From an uncultured Caldilineales bacterium (lineage in GTDB: Bacteria; Chloroflexota; Anaerolineae; J102): DNA of 64,000 bases. Shown here in pieces: positions 56,167 through 64,000 of the stretch. The notes under the pieces were generated by a model. The model was not told the origin of the DNA, did no database searches, and saw only the letters and a program-made list of their open reading frames with translations. The stretch is taken from contig CAZYSY010000208.1 of assembly GCA_964650295.1 (NCBI GenBank), positions 35 to 64,034 of the forward strand, given 5' to 3'. Made by a program: the position numbers and the translations under genes. How positions within the stretch are numbered: the first letter of the stretch is position 1; the number at the start of each line of letters is the position of its first letter.

Positions 56167-59100
56167 GTGATGACAACATTTTCCCCCTATGAGTCTATTC
56201 AAGATGTTGTACGGCGTCGGCAAAATGCTGGTTTTGTTGGGCGCTTCCAGTATATCGAGCGCTTTCAACAGAACTTGAGCAAGGATTTTGATGATCCAGA
56301 TCGACGATACATTTTTGTGGTGACGGGCGAGTCCGGTACGGGTAAGACCTGGCTTTTGCATCAGCTTCAGCGTCGCCTCGAACTTGAGTCTGGTGCTTGG
56401 GCGGTGTGGGACAGTGGCAAAGCAGAAGGTCCGCTTGCTGTGATGGTTCATCTCGCCGAGCAATTTGCACGTCTTGGCCTTACCATGCCTACTTTTGCTG
56501 AAGCCTACCAACGATATCTTAATTCCTTACGATATCTGGCTGAGCGACTCGACCAGTCATCTGGTGTACGCTTTTTTGTTGCCAATAGCCTCGTTGATGC
56601 TCCCGTCCGATGGCAGCACACGGATTCAGAGTGGGGCATCATCGCAACAGCCGATTTGCAATCGCTTTTTGATGATCAACTGCGCTTCCGAGAGAAATTG
56701 CCTCGACAGCTATTAGCTGATGAGCAGACCTACCAGCTGGTGAGTGATCCTGTTCGCTCTTTTACACCGCTGTGGTTGGCCGACTTGCGAGCACTAGCGA
56801 AAAAAGACGTGCTGGCTTTGTTCTTTGATGATGTCCATGCCGCGGGCGACTGGCTGGAAGATTGGTTGTTTCAAATCTTTTCTGGTGAATTCGGAGAGAC
56901 GCCGACTGCCACGCTTTGGGTGTTGAGCTCCGCTCAGCCTATTGATGTCCAGCGATGGCAGCCTTTGTCCGACGTTGTGGCTCGCTTTGTGCTCAAGCCC
57001 CTGTGTCAAAAAGATGTCGATGATTTTCTCCGGCGTTTTGGTGGTGAACTCTCCGCTGAGGGCGCAGTGAGGTCACAGTTAGATGAGGCCGCACCTGCTG
57101 ATTTGATCGTATTGGCCTCCTACCGTAAGATTTTTCAGCGTGATTTACCAATGACTGCTACCAGCGATCCCTTGGGTTTGCTTTTTGAGTCGCTTTCACC
57201 TGAGCAACAACGGGTTTTGGCGATCTCTGCCCTTCCGGATCTGCTTACACGGGCCGGGTTAGGCAAACTTTTACGCGTGTCCTCCGAACACCCGCTCATT
57301 GATTGGTTTTTCTCACTTCCTCTGGTGCAGCCATTGAGTACTGGGTGGCACATGTCCGGTGCCATACGACAGGAGTTGTTGGAGCTCGGAAGGAAGAAAG
57401 TGCCAGAGGCAGTTTCTGACGCATTGTCAATCATCGCTGCAGATTGGCGGCGCCATGGAGACGCATTGCAGCATTCTGGTCCAGCTAGCTGGGCTGATTT
57501 GTCCTGGAGAGAGGCGTGGCTGACGCATTTGCGTTATCGTCTATTGCAAGATGCAGAAACCTATCTGGGCATGGCTCTTGATGCTGCACTTCCTACTATG
57601 GAGATGAACCCCGCCTGGACTAAAAGCCTGGCTCGCACCCTTCTGAATGCTAGCGATGAAGGGGCTGGCGATGAAGTTAGGGCATGGGGGGAAAGGTTGT
57701 TCAACGGCGCCGAGGCGCTCTCTACGGCCAACTATCAAGGGGCGTTGGCATTGGTGAATGCGCTTATCGATGAAGCTGAATTGGAGCCACATCGATTGAG
57801 TCAGGCGCTTGGCATGAAGGCCTGGCTTTTGCGAGCACAACAACAGATGGAGGAAGCCCTTGAGTTCTACACCCAGGCAGAAGACTCAAAGCATAGCCCT
57901 GCTTGGTTGGCGGCTCAGCGTGCAGCCACTCTTTATTTGATGGGGCAGCGTTCAAAGGCTGGCGAGGTTCTCACCTTCGCCCTTGAACAGAAAAATGATT
58001 TGGATTGGGCGCTTGCACTACGCGGCTGGCTGTCGTTTGAAGAAATGAAGCTTGCTGCTGCTCGAGATGATTTTTCTGCCGCCCTCTCATTGAACAGTGA
58101 CCAATTGATTTGGGCACTGCCATTTCGGGCTGAGATTAGCAGACGCTCTGGCAATTATGAAGGTGCGTTATCTGATCTCAACCTTGCGCTTGACAAGTTT
58201 TCGGATCGGGCCTGGATGTATGCTTTGCGCGGCGTTGTTCTGCGGGAGCTTGATCGCTTTGAAGAGTCATTATCCGATTTCGACAAAGCTCTTAGTTTAG
58301 AGCCCGATAGTGTTTGGATAATCGCACAGCGCGCTCAATCACTAGAAGCCAACGGTCAAGAGGAGTTGGCGTTACAGGTCTATGCTCAAGCACTTGAATT
58401 AGCCCCTGATGATGTTTGGACTTTAACTCGCCGTGGCATTTTGTTGCAGAATATGGGGCGTCATCACGATGCTTTGCAGGACCTCAATCGGGCTGTTGAG
58501 TTAGATTCCTCAGATGCTACACCTTTGGTTGCACGGGCTGCGTTACACCAATCACAAGGCGAGCATCTACTAGCATTGGGTGACCTTGACGCCGTTGTTG
58601 CAATGCAGCCAAACAATAAGGATTTGCTCAGAAGTCGTGCTGCCAGTCGCATTCAGCTACGACAGTATGAGGATGCGGTTGATGATTTGACTCGGGCATT
58701 GACGCTAGAACCAGGTAACAAGGATTTGTTGATTTTGCGCAGTCAGGCTTTTATTGGATTGGGGCAGTTGGATGATGCACTGACAGATATCAATGCGGTT
58801 CTGCATGCCCATCCAAACGATCCCGATGTTCTGGTCTACCGTGCTGATGTGTATCGGCGAATGGGGCAATTTGAAAAAGCGCTTGATTACCTCAACCAAG
58901 TACTGTTAGAACATCCTCAGCATGTCCGTGCATTGGCTCAGCGGGGCGATGTCTATCGGCTGATGATGCGCAACGAAGAAGCGGTTTCGGATTTTGCCCG
59001 CACGTTGTCCATTGATCCTGACAACAGTTGGACACTGGCCCGTCGTGCTGATGTTTACCGCCGAATGGATCGATATCAGGAGGCCCTGGCTGATTTTGCG

Positions 59101-60789
59101 CGTGCGTTGGCAATCAATCCCAGTGATGCATGGGCATTGGCGCATCGTGGTGAAACCTATCGCCAGATGAATGAGTTGGACTTGGCCTTACGTGACTTTA
59201 CTCGTTCCATTGATCTTGATCCTACAGATCCCTGGTCCTGGTCTGGGCGTGGCGAGACATATTGTGAGTTGGGAGAAACCGAAAAAGGCGTGGAAGATTT
59301 TTCTCGGGCATTAGAACTTACTCCCGATGACCCACTCTTATTGGAGTTGCGCGGCGCTGCTTTGGTGGAACTCGATCGAAACGAGGAGGCTTTGGCTGAC
59401 TTCAGTCGGGCGTTGCCATCTCACCCCGATCAAGGTGCATTGCTGACAATGCGGGGCGAGTTACTGTTGAAGTTGCATCACTATAAAGAGAGTGAGGCCG
59501 ACTTAAATCAGGCGTTGACTCTGAACCCCAGTAATGTGGCAGCGCTGATTGCTCGGGGGAGGTTGTTACGTGCGCTAAAGCGCTACAGTGATGCCTTGGT
59601 GGATATGGATCGGGCCATCTCCCTTGATCCCAACAATGGCTGGGCAATGGCTTATCGTGGGGAGCTACATCGGCTATTAAAGCGTTATCATGCTTCTCTT
59701 ACTGATCTTACTGGCGCCCTTACTCTTCTTCCCGATGAACCATGGATTTTGGCGCAAAGAGGTGAATCTCATCGGCTCTTGGGGATGTACGCCGAGGCTC
59801 TATCCGATCTTACCCGTTCTCTGGAACTTCGCCCGAACGATATTTGGACGCTTGCGACACGGGGGCAGGTCTACCGAACCATGGGAAGGTATGATGAGGC
59901 TTTGGATGATTTTAGCAAAGCTATCGAGTTGAGTCCCCGTTACGCCTGGGCGTATGCTAGCCGCGGTGAGACGCTGCGAGTGCTAAAGCGGTACGACCTG
60001 GCCTTGGCTGATTTAGACCGCGCATTGGAGTTGGATCCCGATATGACCTGGGCCTTGGTTAATCGAGGTCAAGTGCATCTGGCGATGAAGAATGCCGAAG
60101 CCGCCTTTGAAGATTTCGATCGGGCAGTCTCCTTGAGCCCCAATTATGCTTGGGCGCTTGCTGGACGAGGACAGGCTAATCGTATGTTGGGACAACTTGA
60201 TGCGGCTCTCGATGATTTCCATCAGTCCATTGCCATCAACCCTAACTTTGTGTGGGCTTTGGTCAATCGTGGGCATGTTTTCCGGCTGCTGGGTGAATAT
60301 AAACGCGCTTTGGCTGATTTTGACCGTGCCATATCGCTTGATCCGAACAACGCGTGGGCAGTTGCTGGTCGCGCCCAGGTAAATCGCACTTTACAGCGTT
60401 ATGATCAAGCTCAACAAGATATTGGCCGGGCAATTGCGCTTACTCCCGATTTGGATATCGATCTCTTTCAGCGGGCAATCACACAGCAGCTGCAAGGCGA
60501 GGTGGAAGGCGCCCGAGCTGATCTTGATGAAGCAATTGGTATCGCTGAACCGGTTTATGAAATCGATCCAACTAACTGGCGCAATACATTCAATCTTGCT
60601 CTGTACTATCTTGCGCGCGGGCGCAGAACCATGGCTGAGCGATTGTATAGGCAAGGTTTGGGCGCTCCCGCACCACTGGCCGAAATCAAAGGCGCTGAAC
60701 GCAGCCTACAAGATTACTATGCTCTTTTCCCAGATAACACCGCAGCCTATGCTATGTTGCAGATGATACGCGACTATCTCAACGACTAA
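56167..60789 (+). CDS. Giant STAND-type P-loop NTPase (AAA_16/NB-ARC-like) followed by about 27 tetratricopeptide repeats; no effector or HTH domain
   Basis: Walker A 'VVTGESGTGKTWLL' near residue 60. From about residue 470 to 1400 there are regular 34-aa TPR units (…AWALAHRGETYRQMNELDLALRDFTRSIDLDPTD…). Confidence 0.8.
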   Translation: MMTTFSPYESIQDVVRRRQNAGFVGRFQYIERFQQNLSKDFDDPDRRYIFVVTGESGTGKTWLLHQLQRRLELESGAWAVWDSGKAEGPLAVMVHLAEQFARLGLTMPTFAEAYQRYLNSLRYLAERLDQSSGVRFFVANSLVDAPVRWQHTDSEWGIIATADLQSLFDDQLRFREKLPRQLLADEQTYQLVSDPVRSFTPLWLADLRALAKKDVLALFFDDVHAAGDWLEDWLFQIFSGEFGETPTATLWVLSSAQPIDVQRWQPLSDVVARFVLKPLCQKDVDDFLRRFGGELSAEGAVRSQLDEAAPADLIVLASYRKIFQRDLPMTATSDPLGLLFESLSPEQQRVLAISALPDLLTRAGLGKLLRVSSEHPLIDWFFSLPLVQPLSTGWHMSGAIRQELLELGRKKVPEAVSDALSIIAADWRRHGDALQHSGPASWADLSWREAWLTHLRYRLLQDAETYLGMALDAALPTMEMNPAWTKSLARTLLNASDEGAGDEVRAWGERLFNGAEALSTANYQGALALVNALIDEAELEPHRLSQALGMKAWLLRAQQQMEEALEFYTQAEDSKHSPAWLAAQRAATLYLMGQRSKAGEVLTFALEQKNDLDWALALRGWLSFEEMKLAAARDDFSAALSLNSDQLIWALPFRAEISRRSGNYEGALSDLNLALDKFSDRAWMYALRGVVLRELDRFEESLSDFDKALSLEPDSVWIIAQRAQSLEANGQEELALQVYAQALELAPDDVWTLTRRGILLQNMGRHHDALQDLNRAVELDSSDATPLVARAALHQSQGEHLLALGDLDAVVAMQPNNKDLLRSRAASRIQLRQYEDAVDDLTRALTLEPGNKDLLILRSQAFIGLGQLDDALTDINAVLHAHPNDPDVLVYRADVYRRMGQFEKALDYLNQVLLEHPQHVRALAQRGDVYRLMMRNEEAVSDFARTLSIDPDNSWTLARRADVYRRMDRYQEALADFARALAINPSDAWALAHRGETYRQMNELDLALRDFTRSIDLDPTDPWSWSGRGETYCELGETEKGVEDFSRALELTPDDPLLLELRGAALVELDRNEEALADFSRALPSHPDQGALLTMRGELLLKLHHYKESEADLNQALTLNPSNVAALIARGRLLRALKRYSDALVDMDRAISLDPNNGWAMAYRGELHRLLKRYHASLTDLTGALTLLPDEPWILAQRGESHRLLGMYAEALSDLTRSLELRPNDIWTLATRGQVYRTMGRYDEALDDFSKAIELSPRYAWAYASRGETLRVLKRYDLALADLDRALELDPDMTWALVNRGQVHLAMKNAEAAFEDFDRAVSLSPNYAWALAGRGQANRMLGQLDAALDDFHQSIAINPNFVWALVNRGHVFRLLGEYKRALADFDRAISLDPNNAWAVAGRAQVNRTLQRYDQAQQDIGRAIALTPDLDIDLFQRAITQQLQGEVEGARADLDEAIGIAEPVYEIDPTNWRNTFNLALYYLARGRRTMAERLYRQGLGAPAPLAEIKGAERSLQDYYALFPDNTAAYAMLQMIRDYLND

Positions 60790-60818
60790 TCTCGTTATCT
60801 GTATCTCATTAAACATAA

Positions 60819-60857
60819 AAGCCCAGCTGCGCCAGAGAGGCGGCTGGGCTTTTGTTC
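60819..60857. terminator. Bidirectional intrinsic terminator (9-bp stem aagcccagc/gctgggctt, T-runs on both sides) between the convergent NTPase-TPR and SWIM genes
   Basis: Read directly: 'aaaagcccagctgcgccagagaggcggctgggcttttgtt'. Confidence 0.55.
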
Positions 60858-60875
60858 TTCGTGCTTGCGTGGAGA

Positions 60876-61205
60876 CTATGCCGCAATCTCGTGGATCTCT
60901 TGGATGCTCGCCTCGGATAACATGCCCTCCAAGACCTTCTCTAGGGCCATCGTGTGACTGCAAATTCCTCTTTGGGCAAAAAAATCACAAGTGCAATGCC
61001 ATTGGTCATCCTTGAATGAAATTGTGTGATCCCGGTGGTTTCCTCTGAATACCACGGTGAAGCTTTTGAACTCCATGCGATCCCGCTCTCCTGCATAACG
61101 TTTGGCCTTCATGATTTTACTAATCATGGCTGAATCCATCATGAAAAGAAACCTCCAAGGTGTATTAAGAGATCGTCCTGAAAATAAAAAACGCTCGCGC
61201 AGCAA
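60876..61205 (-). CDS. Standalone SWIM zinc-finger domain protein
   Basis: 'WHCTCDFFAQRGICSHTMAL' matches CxCx(n)CxH. The protein is 109 aa; an internal start at MMDSAM is possible. Confidence 0.55.
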   Translation of the reverse strand: MLRERFLFSGRSLNTPWRFLFMMDSAMISKIMKAKRYAGERDRMEFKSFTVVFRGNHRDHTISFKDDQWHCTCDFFAQRGICSHTMALEKVLEGMLSEASIQEIHEIAA

Positions 61206-61328
61206 AGCGGAGCATTAGATAAACAGTACGTTGAAAGAAGAAGATTGTGACATGCAGCAAGTTTCAAGGGGAAGTGTAGATTTTGATTTTGCCTTAATCT
61301 TAGTATAACCTGCTTGGAGCGTTGTGTC

Positions 61329-61375
61329 AAACAAATTCGTATGACGGTTGATATACGATTATCATACGATTTGTT
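61329..61375. promoter_or_regulatory. 14/15-bp inverted repeat (aacaaattcgtatga … tcatacgatttgtt) immediately 3' of the 497-aa gene stop and within the SWIM gene upstream region
   Basis: Read directly. It also contains the direct repeat atacgatt x2. Confidence 0.3.
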
Positions 61376-61378
61376 CGA

Positions 61379-62872
61379 CTAAAATTCTTCCTCCACCAAT
61401 ACCATCAGCCCTGAACCGTCGCTATCGTAGTGCATTCTTCCTTGAGGGACATGGCTATCGATGACGAGTCGGGCGCTATCCATAGCTTCCCAAATAATTT
61501 GGAAAGGGGCTTTGCCCGGCGCCCATTTCTCGGCAATGACGACGCCGTGTCCGGGCAGGATGGTGAAGGCGATCTGGCGGGGATCGTCGGGGTTGAGCAG
61601 GCATTGCGCCCGGGAGAACGCGTCGCGCACGCCCTTGGCCTGGGCCTCGGTCGCGCACGAGACGATGAAGTCGAAGTATTGGGGCTCCAGCGGCGCGTAT
61701 TCCACCAACGCCGGATCGAAAGACCATACGCCGCGATGCCCGTGCAGCTTGGAGCGCACCACCGGAACCTCGGCCTCGAAGTCCCATTCGGGCGGGCTCA
61801 GGTGGATGCGGGGCAGCGGTGCGTCCATGTCCATCATCTCCACCGCTTCGGAGGAGGGGGGATCGTTGCGCTTGCCATCCACATGACGCACGATGGCCCC
61901 GGCCCGACCCGGGCGCACGCCCACGATGATGGCCAGATCATCCTCGGTGATGTTGTCCTTATCCACCGGGCGGGCGCTGCCTGTGACGGTGGCGATGAGC
62001 CCGTTGATGCGCGGCTCCCATGTGCCGAAGCAGCCCTCGCTGTACTGACTGGCCACAGCGTCCTGCACCGCAGGCACAGCCACTAAATCATTGATGCGCA
62101 CCATCTCGGTGAAAAATTTGCGCTTGCCCAGCTCCAGTGCGGCGTAGCGCATGGCCCTGGGCGCGGGCCAGGACGCCCACTCCTCATAGGGGATGGGATC
62201 GCCGACGACCTGATGATCGGTGACCTCGCGCGTGCTGATCGTGGTGATCAACCGCAAAGCGATGTCGTGATAGAAGAGTGTGGGATCGTCTCGGTTGACG
62301 CTCTTGGGATAAGCGCCCACCAGATCGAAATGATAGACGTAATCGGGATGATCGTTCCCCACCACCAGCAGTACGCGCAAGCCCATGGCCTGGGCCTGCA
62401 CCCGCCGCTCTAGCGCCAGAATCGGCCCGCCCCGGCGCCCCTGCTCGAAAAGCACGCGATACGCCTCGGACGCCAATCCGGGAAAGTCGTAATCCGCGGG
62501 ATCAGGCGGCTCCTTTTCCAGCACCTTTTCCAGATAATCCAGATCAGCCTGCAAGCGTTCAGGCGTCACATGCACCAGCGTGTAGACGGTGGGATTTTTG
62601 CTGAGCTTGAACTTGCGCCGCGCGGTCAGCACCATGGACTGCCGCCAGTTCAGGGGCACGCCATATTCCGCTGTGGTCAGCAGAATGTCGGTCTCATCCG
62701 TGGGAACGTCTTGCACAGTGTGTCCCAGCAGCCGGAAACTCTGCAAAACGCCCTGGGCGGTCTCTTCCAAAACCGGATCGAGAGGCCCGGGCGCAAAAGT
62801 GACGTGAAGATGTTTCAACCCGGAATGCAGGTGCTTATTCAGATTGAGGGTGATAGGGAGCGAATCAGCCAT
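61379..62872 (-). CDS. Hypothetical protein, 497 aa, no recognised domain; GC-rich
   Basis: Long ORF with strong third-position G/C bias. The plus-strand ORFs 61430-62086 are antisense shadows of this gene. Confidence 0.5.
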   Translation of the reverse strand: MADSLPITLNLNKHLHSGLKHLHVTFAPGPLDPVLEETAQGVLQSFRLLGHTVQDVPTDETDILLTTAEYGVPLNWRQSMVLTARRKFKLSKNPTVYTLVHVTPERLQADLDYLEKVLEKEPPDPADYDFPGLASEAYRVLFEQGRRGGPILALERRVQAQAMGLRVLLVVGNDHPDYVYHFDLVGAYPKSVNRDDPTLFYHDIALRLITTISTREVTDHQVVGDPIPYEEWASWPAPRAMRYAALELGKRKFFTEMVRINDLVAVPAVQDAVASQYSEGCFGTWEPRINGLIATVTGSARPVDKDNITEDDLAIIVGVRPGRAGAIVRHVDGKRNDPPSSEAVEMMDMDAPLPRIHLSPPEWDFEAEVPVVRSKLHGHRGVWSFDPALVEYAPLEPQYFDFIVSCATEAQAKGVRDAFSRAQCLLNPDDPRQIAFTILPGHGVVIAEKWAPGKAPFQIIWEAMDSARLVIDSHVPQGRMHYDSDGSGLMVLVEEEF

Positions 62873-63080
62873 GAATCGCCTCTTTTGTAGGAATGGTCGC
62901 GAAACGGTCTATTTGCAAAAACACCGGAAGCGATGCGATGATGCGCTGCTTCCCTGGGATTATACCAGATTATGCGTAACGACTCACGTTACTGTCATGT
63001 CGCTGCCACGGGAGCGCCGCCTTTTGCAGGATGTCGTCAAATGTCAAAAAACACATTCGACGCATACTTAGTAGTTGCGA

Positions 63081-63491
63081 TTATGCATCGTCGGGCGGGA
63101 TGATCTGATAGCTGTGGGTGATGTCCGCAGTCTTCCGCAGCATGGCGGAGGCGGAACAGAATTTCTCTTCGGAAAGCTGGATGGCCCGCTCCACTTTTTC
63201 CGGCTTCAGATCACCTTTGACGATGTATTCGATGTGGATTTTGGTGTACACTTTGGGATGCTCGCGGGCCCGCTCGCCCGAGACGTTGACGGTGACGCCT
63301 TCCACTGGCTGGCGCTGTTTCTTGAGGATGATGACCACATCCACCGCGGTGCATCCGGCCAGACCGTAAAGCAGCAGGTCCATGGCTCCGACGCCTTCCT
63401 GGCGCTTGCCGTCGATGGTGAAACTGTATCCTTCGGGCGTGGTCGCCTCGAATTTCATCTCGTCGATCCAATTGACTGTGGCTTGTGGCAT
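63081..63491 (-). CDS. OsmC/Ohr-family peroxiredoxin-like protein
   Basis: 'LLLYGLAGCTAVDV' and a second Cys in 'KFCSASAML', typical of OsmC. Confidence 0.85.
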   Translation of the reverse strand: MPQATVNWIDEMKFEATTPEGYSFTIDGKRQEGVGAMDLLLYGLAGCTAVDVVIILKKQRQPVEGVTVNVSGERAREHPKVYTKIHIEYIVKGDLKPEKVERAIQLSEEKFCSASAMLRKTADITHSYQIIPPDDA

Positions 63492-63513
63492 GATATTCTC
63501 CGAGCGTGTGTGG

Positions 63514-64000
63514 TTATTTTGTTAGCACGATCTGTGCATTGATGTTTTCAGTCGTGATGGTGACACGTTGCGCGCCGTACGCCTCGAACAGCGAGGCCAT
63601 CTCGGGCGGAGTGATGAAATGGGTCTGCATCAGTGCGATTTTCTCGAGGATGGCGATGATTTTCGTGCCCGTGGTGCGCAGGTCCGGCTCTTCGATGACC
63701 AGACGCCCGCCCGGCTTCAGCACCCGCACCAGCTCTTGCGCGGCCATCTCCTGCCGGGCGAAGTGATGAAACGCGTCCACGATGAGGATGCGCTCGATGC
63801 TGTCGGTGGCGAAGGGCAGCTGCTCGGCCAGCGCGCGTACGCCCGGCAGCCCCTTCTCGCGGGTGGATTTCAGCATCGCGGGCGAAGGATCGACGACCAC
63901 GACCCGCACGCCCGTCGCAGCCAGATGTTGCGCCACTCGCCCCGTGCCGCCGCCGATATCCAACAGCAGGTCTCCTGACCGCGCGTCGAGATGCGCCAGT
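63514..64000 (-). CDS. Class I SAM-dependent methyltransferase (N-terminus beyond the window end)
   Basis: 'LLLDIGGGTGRVAQHL' is motif I. The frame stays open to position 64000 (…ALAHLDARSGDLLL…); the track 'M' at 63963 is a TTG Leu codon. Confidence 0.8.
   Translation of the reverse strand, partial: LAHLDARSGDLLLDIGGGTGRVAQHLAATGVRVVVVDPSPAMLKSTREKGLPGVRALAEQLPFATDSIERILIVDAFHHFARQEMAAQELVRVLKPGGRLVIEEPDLRTTGTKIIAILEKIALMQTHFITPPEMASLFEAYGAQRVTITTENINAQIVLTK

Noticed and set aside
57600-60400. Apparent ~102-nt periodicity in DNA, a possible tandem repeat or CRISPR-like array
   Set aside because: The periodicity reflects 34-aa TPR protein repeats inside one long ORF. The DNA units are diverged and have no spacer/repeat structure.
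61430-62086. 218-aa and 141-aa plus-strand ORFs
   Set aside because: They are antisense shadows within the GC-rich 497-aa gene, with Arg/Gly/His-rich nonsense-like composition.

Overview
This 64 kb window reads as dense chromosomal DNA. I call about 45 protein-coding genes, mostly on the minus strand, and find no rRNA/tRNA genes, CRISPR arrays, integrases or transposases. I worked by eye, so coordinates adjusted from the supplied ORF track are approximate.

Five things stand out:
- **Multiheme respiratory module (45.5–52.2 kb):** an ArsR-family regulator, an octaheme c-type cytochrome, a heptaheme cytochrome c fused to a cytochrome b membrane domain, and two YeeE/YedE sulfur-transporter-like proteins (one fused to rhodanese). 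I propose it is a quinol-linked thiosulfate/tetrathionate-type module.
- **Gingipain-like peptidase operon (20.3–29.3 kb):** two paralogous C25-like cysteine peptidases flank a small FN3 surface protein with a C-terminal membrane-anchor tail, downstream of two ABC exporter genes. It could be a PorU-like sorting or processing system.
- **DUF692 (MNIO)-like enzyme cluster (52.8–55.2 kb):** the enzyme sits with a GNAT-like protein and a hexapeptide-repeat acyltransferase, with no DUF2063 partner and no obvious precursor peptide.
- **Giant NTPase–TPR protein (56.2–60.8 kb):** 1540 aa, P-loop NTPase plus about 27 TPR repeats, next to a standalone SWIM zinc-finger protein.
- **Nuclease and cell-wall genes:** a trxA–xdhC–addB-like operon with no AddA partner, a CapA–M23 peptidase fusion lipoprotein behind a roughly 590-nt leader ending in an intrinsic terminator, and a modular GH-TIM-barrel / amidase_2 / CWB2 cell-wall hydrolase.

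The remaining genes are housekeeping or transport:
- a Na+-translocating acyl-CoA decarboxylase operon
- hpt
- a PiT phosphate transporter with a DUF47 regulator
- an ABC exporter pair
- MscS
- a MenA-like prenyltransferase
- a Ca2+/H+ antiporter
- GtrA and a GT4 glycosyltransferase
- an amidase
- OsmC and a SAM-dependent methyltransferase

Both window edges (1–3051 and 61.4–64 kb) are visibly GC-richer (about 63–65% by eye) than the ~50% core, which suggests mosaic origin. A first gene truncated by the window edge (1–3051, minus strand, lyase-like) is missing from the ORF track because it has no in-window stop. The taxonomic origin cannot be fixed from sequence alone; the domain repertoire weakly suggests a Chloroflexota-like lineage.
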